This document shows, piece by piece, positions 1 through 7,009 of a stretch of 7,840 nt of DNA (positions within the stretch are counted from its first letter, which is position 1; every line of letters begins with the position of its first letter). Source of the stretch: Octopus sinensis (taxonomy: Eukaryota). The notes under the pieces are model-generated. The model saw nothing but the letters and a program-made list of their open reading frames with translations, did no database searches and was not told the origin of the DNA. Made by a program: the position numbers and the translations under genes. The stretch is taken from assembly GCF_006345805.1 (NCBI RefSeq), contig NW_021828548.1:1-7840 (forward strand). The letters are read 5' to 3'.

Positions 1-397
1 ATTCATACACACACACGTAAGCGCATAGAGATATGCGCACTCACTCAAGCACACTTGATGTACATACACATGTACGAGTTACACTCAAACACCGCACTCA
101 CTTCACATTATGTACACATCCCTTCTTTGACACACACACATGCTTGTTCTTATATGCAGACAGTCTCACTCACACGCACCTATAGATTTCGTTCATAAAC
201 AGATATTCTTTGTTTCGCATACTCTGTGGACACACGCACGCACGCACGCTCAGATAAGTACGCGTTAATGCAACAGATCGCATACAAAAGCTCGCGGGAA
301 CATATGGCTGCGCATGCACGGAGACACACCATCGCAGTTCACGTCGTAGCCACACTTACACACTAGACCTGAGACGCACGCATACCCGTGCATACGG

Positions 398-421
398 TCA
401 CTCACTCACTCACTCACTCAC
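398..421 (+). repeat. (TCAC)6 tetranucleotide microsatellite
   Basis: tcac x6 read directly, with imperfect continuation to ~437. Confidence 0.9.
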
Positions 422-675
422 TGTTACTCACTCACTTACACAGACGATACGATATTGTTTTATAAGCGTACAAGCCTGGTTATGCAAACTTACATATATG
501 CGTACATGGATCCATACATAAATACGGCATACACACATATACACGTACGTGTGTAGTACATTCATACATAAATACAAATATACATGGATATGCACAAAAC
601 AGCTAAGGACCAACACACGCTAACGTGCGTGCACCATACGCCCACGCATAGACACTTCCATTCATCCGTTTATAA

Positions 676-763
676 ATACATACATACATACATATGTGTA
701 TATAGATAGATACATAGATACATACATACATACATTACATACATACATACATACACACACACA
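676..763 (+). repeat. Imperfect (CATA)n/(GATA)n microsatellite grading into (CA)n
   Basis: tacatacatacatacat...agatagatacatagatacatacatacatacattacatacatacatacatacacacacac. Confidence 0.85.
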
Positions 764-1090
764 TGCATTCATCCATGGACACTCACACACATACCTATAC
801 ACATACGCCTATACACAAACAGCTACCGTGTTTCTCACGTAACTTAAATGTACAGGTTGTGTGTGTCAGAGTCACTTTTGCACACATATGCGCGTCAATT
901 CCGTTTTGTATTTTACACATACACTGAAGTAAAGATTCACACACACACACACAGACACGCGCGCGAAACCCCCCTCTCTCACCACAAACTACCCCTAACA
1001 TAAAACTATGCGTATTTACGTTTTCAGGGCACACGCGCGCACACATACAAAAACTATAATTCATAATAAATCTAAACGGTTTTGAGTACA

Positions 1091-1490
1091 CCTCTCTCTC
1101 TCTCTAACTGTAACCTCGCCATTACACGTTCTTTATATATCAACCTCTCACTTTCCCTCTCATCTATTCTCATAGTTTCTCTCTTTCGTACGCATACACA
1201 ACACCTCACTATCTCTTTGTCTCTCTCTGTCTCTTTCTTGGTCTCTCCTCTCTCTCTCTCTCTCGCTCTCTCACCCACACTCTTAGTCGCGCAGTGAATT
1301 TTCCCTCTTTCTCTCTTTCTCATTCTCTAACCGCCACTCTTACACACTCCACTATCTCTTTCGCTCACACACACATACATCCATATACACATACACACAT
1401 CCTCTGTCTTCCTGAAATACACACTTTACTTTCATTATCTCTCTTGATTTCTTTCTTCCTCCTCCATACAGACACGCGACGCCCCTCCGT
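1091..1490 (+). repeat. Pyrimidine-rich (CT)n-derived low-complexity tract
   Basis: Repeated ctctctct and tctt runs with few purines, interrupted by short CA runs. Confidence 0.85.
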
Positions 1491-1978
1491 CTTTTTCTAT
1501 CTCTCTCTCTCTCACACGCGCAAGTGCAGTGTTTCTCCTCTCTTTCTTTCTCTCTCCCCCACTTACTCTCTTTACCTTTCTTACTTTCACACACATTCAC
1601 TTCATATTCTCTCTCTCTCTCTCTCTCTTTTTACTCTCAGTATCTTCTTTACTTTTTCTATCTCTCTCTCACACACGCGCAAGTGCAGTGTTTCTCTTCT
1701 CTTTCTTTCTCTCCCCCCCACTTACTCTCATTATCTCTTTCTTACTTTCACACACACTCACTCACTTCATATTCTCTCTCTCTCTCTCTCTCTCTTTTTA
1801 CTCTCAGTATCTTCTTTACTTTTTCTATCTCTCTCACACACACGCGCAAGTGCAGTGTTTCTCTTCTCTTTCTTTCTCTCTCCCCCACTTACTCTCTTCA
1901 TCTCTTTCTTACTTTCACACACACTCACTCACTTCATATTCTCTCTCTCTCTCTCTCTTTTTACTCTCTGTATCTTCT
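1491..1978 (+). repeat. Tandem repeat, 3 copies of a ~161-167 bp CT-rich unit
   Basis: Unit start ctttttctat at 1491, 1652 and 1819; core caagtgcagtgtttctc/t at 1521, 1680 and 1847; third copy stops at tatcttct (~1978). Confidence 0.95.
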
Positions 1979-2109
1979 GTCGTCTGTCCATCCATCATAC
2001 ACTTTTCTTTACTTACTCCATCTTAATCTTACGACTACTCGCTTTCTCCATTTTAATCTTACCACCCTCTCCATAGACGCCAGCGCGCATATTCGTATCT
2101 ACTTCTTTC

Positions 2110-2110
2110 C

Positions 2111-2140
<30 letters not shown>
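2110..2140 (+). repeat. (CT)n microsatellite
   Basis: ctctctctccctctctctctctctctctctc, with one interruption. Confidence 0.9.
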
Positions 2141-2141
<1 letters not shown>

Positions 2142-2142
2142 T

Positions 2143-2268
2143 TTACTCTCTCTCTCTTACTCTCTCTCTCTTACTCTCTCTCTCTTACTCTCTCTCTCTT
2201 ACTCTCTCTCTCTTACTCTCTCTCTCTTACTCTCTCTCTCTTACTCTCTCTCTCTTACTCTCCCTCTC
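2143..2268 (+). repeat. 14-bp minisatellite (TTACTCTCTCTCTC) x9
   Basis: ttac at 2143, 2157, 2171, 2185, 2199, 2213, 2227, 2241 and 2255; 8 perfect copies and 1 with a single substitution. Confidence 0.97.
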
Positions 2269-2319
2269 TCCTGTTTGTTCTTCAACTATCTCTCTCCATT
2301 TCACAAAAACACGCGCGCT

Positions 2320-2343
2320 CACACACACACACACACACACACA
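2320..2343 (+). repeat. (CA)12 microsatellite
   Basis: Perfect CA run read directly. Confidence 0.92.
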
Positions 2344-2640
2344 CGCTTACATGCACATGGTTACACGCACACACACGCGCTATAACACTCACATTCTCAC
2401 ACCGCTACCCACTCCTCGCTATACGCACGCGCACACTCACTCATTCACTCGTTCACTTCCTCCCCCCTCTCTCTCTCCCCTATTCCCTCCCCCTCTCTCT
2501 CACTCACTTGTTCACTCACTCAACGCCTAACAACACCACTGGAACAAGCTATGAGTCGCTCTTAAGTGAAGGCACTGACTCTACAGGCACTCGAGTTGGA
2601 AGTCTTTTAACAGGAGACACACGAGTTTCGTGTGCGGAGA

Positions 2641-2652
2641 GCGCGCGCGCGC
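2641..2652. repeat. (GC)6 alternating tract
   Basis: gcgcgcgcgcgc read directly; self-complementary. Confidence 0.9.
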
Positions 2653-2743
2653 GTCTGTGAGTGTTTTGTGTGTATATATATATGTATGTACAAAGATATG
2701 TATATATACACTCATATTGATATATATGTATATATATAGTTAC

Positions 2744-2853
2744 CTGTCTATTTATTATGCGTGCGGACAGAAGTATTGCGGTCATCCAAACTACACACGG
2801 TAGTCAAATATATAAATATACTCTGTGAATCTTATGTGAACCACAAACAATAA
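2744..2853 (-). other. Candidate 110-nt spliced exon (5'UTR/first-coding or non-coding)
   Basis: Minus strand reads T17-C-T7-CTTTGTTTAG (acceptor AG at 2855-2854), then 110 nt of non-repetitive sequence, then CAG|GTAACT (GT at 2743-2742). No frame is open end to end, but the ATG at 2785 gives MTAILLSARIINRQ up to a phase-0 donor. No transcript or homology evidence. Confidence 0.3.
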
Positions 2854-2859
2854 CTAAAC

Positions 2860-2888
2860 AAAGAAAAAAAGAAAAAAAAAAAAAAAAA
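2860..2888 (+). repeat. Poly(A)-rich tract (A17 core at 2872-2888)
   Basis: aaagaaaaaaagaaaaaaaaaaaaaaaaa read directly. Confidence 0.9.
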
Positions 2889-2889
2889 C

Positions 2890-3500
2890 AGACATATACA
2901 TATACACACACACGCAAACACACATACAGTCACACACACACACACATATAAATATATATATATATATTATATATATATATATTTATATACATACGAAAAC
3001 CGCATACACAATCAATAAATTTACAGTCAAGTGCTTACATATACATACATACGTGTACGTAATTATACACTTATACATGCATACAGACGCACATATATAC
3101 CCACACATATAAACAAGCACATGCTTACATCAATGCTAATATAGATACATATACACAAACATATACATATATATATATATATTTATATATATAAATATAT
3201 TATATATATATATATATATATTTACAATTCACCACACTGTTGACATGTACAAAAACATACAAAAATATACAATTGTACATTAATATGAATACAAATATAA
3301 AAGAACACGAAAAAACATACATATAAGCTCATACACAGACTCACACACATACCCATGCATACTGGCACATGAACACAAACAAATGATTACACACATAAAC
3401 GCATACTAATCATTCACACACTATCACACACACACACATACACACTCAGGCACATACACACACACACTCACACATACACATACACACACACACATACATT
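2890..3500. repeat. Mixed (CA)n/(AT)n/(CATA)n low-complexity tract
   Basis: Imperfect AT runs at ~2946-2988 and ~3167-3222; CA runs at ~2904-2945 and ~3425-3497. Confidence 0.85.
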
Positions 3501-3519
3501 ACATTTATTCAAAGTGAAA

Positions 3520-3581
3520 TAACAACATAACAATAATTAAACAACAGCAACCACCACAACAATAATAATCTTCAGCAATTG

Positions 3582-3620
<39 letters not shown>

Positions 3621-3750
3621 GGAGGCATCATCATCACCACTGTTATCAACAACAGCAAAAGCATCAACACCATCACTAACAACAACAACAACAACAACAA
3701 CATCATTATCATCATTATTATCGTCGTGGTCAACTTTATCGTCATTACCA
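3520..3750 (+). repeat. Compound trinucleotide microsatellite: (AAC/AAT) - (ATT)12 - (ATC) - (AAC)8 - (ATC/ATT/GTC)
   Basis: (ATT)12 at 3585-3620 and (AAC)8 at 3678-3701, flanked by in-phase degenerate triplets. Confidence 0.92.
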
Positions 3751-3890
3751 TCGGTTCTATGAGAGAGGACGACCGGAGTGTAAATGACAACAGAGAACCT
3801 ATAGCGCTGTATGCCGGAAATGAGGTAGGCAAAACTTTTATATGCACACACATGCACGCGCGTACGCACACACACACGCACGCACACGCA

Positions 3891-3928
<38 letters not shown>

Positions 3929-3941
3929 AACACACGCGCGA

Positions 3942-4050
3942 GCGCACACACAGACATACCACACACGCGCGCACACACAGACATACCACACACTAACGTG
4001 CAAACATACATATGTACATTCATGTATATATATAGATACATTCATACATT

Positions 4051-4083
<33 letters not shown>

Positions 4084-4383
4084 AGACATACCACACACTA
4101 ACGTGCAAACATACATATGTACATTCATGTATATATATAGATACATTCATACATCACACACACACACAACACACACACGCACACGCACACACAGACATAC
4201 ACACATAACGTGCAAACATACATATGTACATCATTATATATATATTCACACACATAATACATTCACACACACACACACACAAACACACAACGCACACGCA
4301 CACACAGACATACCACACATAACGTGCAAACATACATATGTACATTCATGTTTAATATATTCACACACATACATTCACACACT

Positions 4384-4414
<31 letters not shown>

Positions 4415-4486
4415 ACACAGACATACCACACACTAACGTGCAAACATACATATGTACATTCATGTATATATATATTCACACACATA

Positions 4487-4529
<43 letters not shown>

Positions 4530-4605
4530 ACACAGACATACCACACACTAACGTGCAAACATACATATGTACATTCATGTATATATATAGATACATTCAT
4601 ACATT

Positions 4606-4636
<31 letters not shown>

Positions 4637-4712
4637 ACACAGACATACCACACACTAACGTGCAAACATACATATGTACATTCATGTTTATATATATTCA
4701 CACACATACATT

Positions 4713-4747
<35 letters not shown>

Positions 4748-4848
4748 ACGCACACACAGACATACCACACACTAACGTGCAAACATACATATGTACATTC
4801 ATGTTTATATATATTCACACACATACATTCACACACTCACACACACGC
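3942..4848 (+). repeat. Minisatellite, 8 copies of a ~105-117 bp unit with an embedded variable (CA)n
   Basis: Core aacgtgcaaacatacatatgtaca at 3995, 4100, 4207, 4321, 4435, 4550, 4657 and 4774, each preceded by cagacatac(c)acaca(c)t; last copy truncated at ~4848. Confidence 0.97.
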
Positions 4849-5394
4849 ATAAAAACGCACTAACACATACATTGCCAACGTACATATATGTACATGCATG
4901 CATAAATACATACAAACATAATTACTATTATTATTTTATATATATATATTTATATACAGGCATTCATGCGCGCGCGCAGACACATACACAGATATAAATT
5001 ATATTTTCGAATCTCTTCTGCAGCAATGCAGTATGATTGCACCCCACCATCTATTTTTTTTTTTTTTTATTTTCACTTTTTCTTGTTCTTGTTTGCTCCT
5101 AGCAAAATATTTCTACAATTTCTTTGTAAAAACTATTTCTTGTAACATAATGCAGAAAAATCATTTTTGCTTTCATTGAAAATTGTTCAATCTATTCAGT
5201 CAATCATTTTTCAGAGAAAATGTTTTATTGCTATTCCACACCTGAAGAATTATTTAAAGCGAAATGTTGAAACTGAAAAAAAAAAAAACCAAAAGAAAAA
5301 CCTGCTGTTTTCTTTACTCTTCCTTAAGCACTAACGCACGTTTTAATACAATCAAAGAAGCGAAAACTATATATATAGCTCGCAACTTCACTTA

Positions 5395-5665
5395 AGCACA
5401 CATTCACTCAACTTTCAGCAACACCTCTCTACCTTGCTCCGTTCTACACTTTGGTTTTTACCTACTTTATTCTCTTACACAGCACTACACTATTTCACTC
5501 ATCTCTGCAATACACTCAAATCTGATCTGCACTATTTCACTCAACTTTAATGCTACACTCTCCACTTTGATCTCCTCTACTCCACTCCGCTCTGTTTTAT
5601 TCTACTCAACCTCATTTCTTCAATAATATCTACATCACTCAACGCTACATATCTCTTTCATTCAG
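5395..5665 (+). repeat. Highly degenerate pentanucleotide repeat, consensus approximately TCYAC
   Basis: 5561-5610 parses as tccac tttga tctcc tctac tccac tccgc tctgt tttat tctac tcaac; cactatttcactca recurs at 5488 and 5530. Confidence 0.7.
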
Positions 5666-5668
5666 CAC

Positions 5669-5848
5669 ATGCGTGTGTGTGTGAAAACATATATACAATA
5701 TGTGTGTGTATGTGTGTGTGTGCGTGCGTGTGTGTGTGTATTCACACACATGTACGTGTTGAATGAAGTATATGTGTGTGTGTGTGTGTGTGTATACATT
5801 CACACAGATCTGTATATACATGCATGTTTATGTATGTTCATATATATA
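5669..5848 (+). repeat. (TG)n/(TGTA)n compound microsatellite, opposite orientation to the upstream CA tracts
   Basis: TG runs at ~5673-5683, 5701-5739 and 5773-5793. Confidence 0.9.
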
Positions 5849-6114
5849 ATTTCAACAATTGAGGGTAAAATTAATTAATTATTAATCAATTTCACCAAGT
5901 ATTCAGTATGCAAAGGGACCATTTAAGGCGAATTCAAATAACCTTTGCATTTGATTTTTTAATGTCTTTACCCCCATACTTTCGTGAGTTGAATGAGCAA
6001 ACACTATATGAGAGAGGTTTTCTTTAAGTATTAGAAATAGTTTTAAAAAAGTTTTTTAGCTACTATTTCTAATGAGTTCAGTATGCGGCAAAGTAATTTA
6101 TTTTACTAAGCCCT

Positions 6115-6116
6115 TT

Positions 6117-6165
<49 letters not shown>

Positions 6166-6289
6166 ATATATTCATATATATGTGTGTCTGTGTGTGTGTA
6201 TGTATATATATGTATATAAATGTACATATATATATATATATGTACACACACATACACGCTCACGCGCACATACACACATACAACATACA

Positions 6290-6322
<33 letters not shown>

Positions 6323-6366
6323 GATTATGTGTGTACGCGAGAGTGCGAATATATATATATATGAAT
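6115..6366. repeat. Compound (AT)n-(TG)n-(AT)n-(CA)n-(AT)n microsatellite
   Basis: AT runs at ~6123-6170, 6226-6241 and 6299-6322; TG at 6181-6203; CA at 6245-6290. Confidence 0.9.
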
Positions 6367-6628
6367 AAGTATGTGCTTGAAGTGAACTGGATAAACCTGC
6401 ATATGTGTATAAATGATATATTCATAAATACTTCAACACACATAAATATATATTGATTTTTGTTTGTTCGTTTTATACATCACATAAGGCTCCTTTGTGT
6501 ATCTACAATTCATAGCAGATTTTCCACATTTCCAGTTATTCCGTGATTGTATTCTTCTCTGGGCTAGGTCGCTAGTCTACCAGAAACAGTGTCCACCTCC
6601 TGTACATGCTATGTTTTTTAAAAGATAC

Positions 6629-6784
6629 AATTCCGCCGAGGTCGACTTTGCCTTTCATCCTTTCGGGGGGGGTCGATAAATTAAGTACCAGTTACGCACT
6701 GGGGTCGATGTAATCGACTTAATCCGTTTGTCTGTCCTTGTTTGTCCCCTCTGTGTTTAGCCCCTTGTAGCTAGTAAAGAAATA
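6629..6784 (+). mobile_element. 5'-truncated tRNA-derived SINE (body and 3' end), cephalopod/Octopus-type
   Basis: aattccgccgaggtcgactttgcctttcatcctttcgggg...gtcgataaattaagtaccagttacgcactggggtcgatgtaatcgacttaatccgtttgtctgtccttgtttgtcccctctgtgtttagccccttg...agtaaagaaata closely resembles a very common octopus short interspersed repeat as I recall it. It starts just after where the B box would lie and is followed by an AT/TG tail. The family name is not verified by search. Confidence 0.8.
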
Positions 6785-7009
6785 TATATGTGTGTATGTA
6801 GCAATAATCCGAAATGAGTGAGTATTCTTTTTTGTGTGTAAGTATTGATATATACAGATCAATTAGCTATAAAGTATATAGCAGTGACGTATATTTGCTA
6901 TATAAATATGGCTAACCCCTAAGGGTGGATGCTACTGTAGTTTGTAGCCTCAGGAGGACACTTCCTCCAACTGGCTTTAGACACACTTTAGCAGTATTAT
7001 ATTGAAGGA

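Larger units (their letters stand above)
1..1080. repeat. Degenerate CA/CATA/CACG-rich low-complexity tract
   Basis: Continuous short imperfect CA, CATA, CGCA and CACT runs; G is scarce on the + strand outside CG/TG steps. Confidence 0.85.

Noticed and set aside
614-628. cacacgctaacgtgc resembling the ~110 bp unit junction cacacactaacgtgc
   Set aside because: Short, mostly low-complexity match with no extension; expected by chance in CA-rich DNA.
1082-2660. Long + strand ORFs (71, 260, 378 and 165 aa) rich in Ser/Leu/Phe/His/Thr
   Set aside because: CT and CA repeats cannot encode stops, so overlapping frames are all open. The translations are SLSL/HTHT runs that mirror the DNA repeats, with no domain-like content.
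3942-4848. CRISPR-like look (constant core plus variable intervening sequence)
   Set aside because: The intervening segments are homologous CA-rich sequence, not unique spacers; the context is eukaryotic and no cas genes are present.
3537-4997. His/Thr-rich (+) and Cys/Val-rich (-) ORFs resembling metal-binding or repeat proteins
   Set aside because: These are direct translations of (CA)n/(TG)n. Unit lengths (105, 107, 114, 114, 115, 107, 117) do not preserve frame, so there is no sign of coding constraint.
5053-5180. + strand T-tract and acceptor-like ctcctag (AG at 5101-5102)
   Set aside because: All three downstream frames close within ~75 nt and I found no convincing donor. It cannot be separated from an ordinary T-rich tract.
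6072-6443. Ile/Tyr-rich ORFs suggesting membrane peptides
   Set aside because: These are translations of (AT)n and (TG)n repeats.
6497-6679. 60-aa ORF ending ...SAEVDFAFHPFGGGR
   Set aside because: It has a GTG start, is short, and its C-terminus is simply translated SINE sequence.
6913-6926. Telomere-like taacccctaaggg
   Set aside because: A single imperfect occurrence, not a (CCCTAA)n array.
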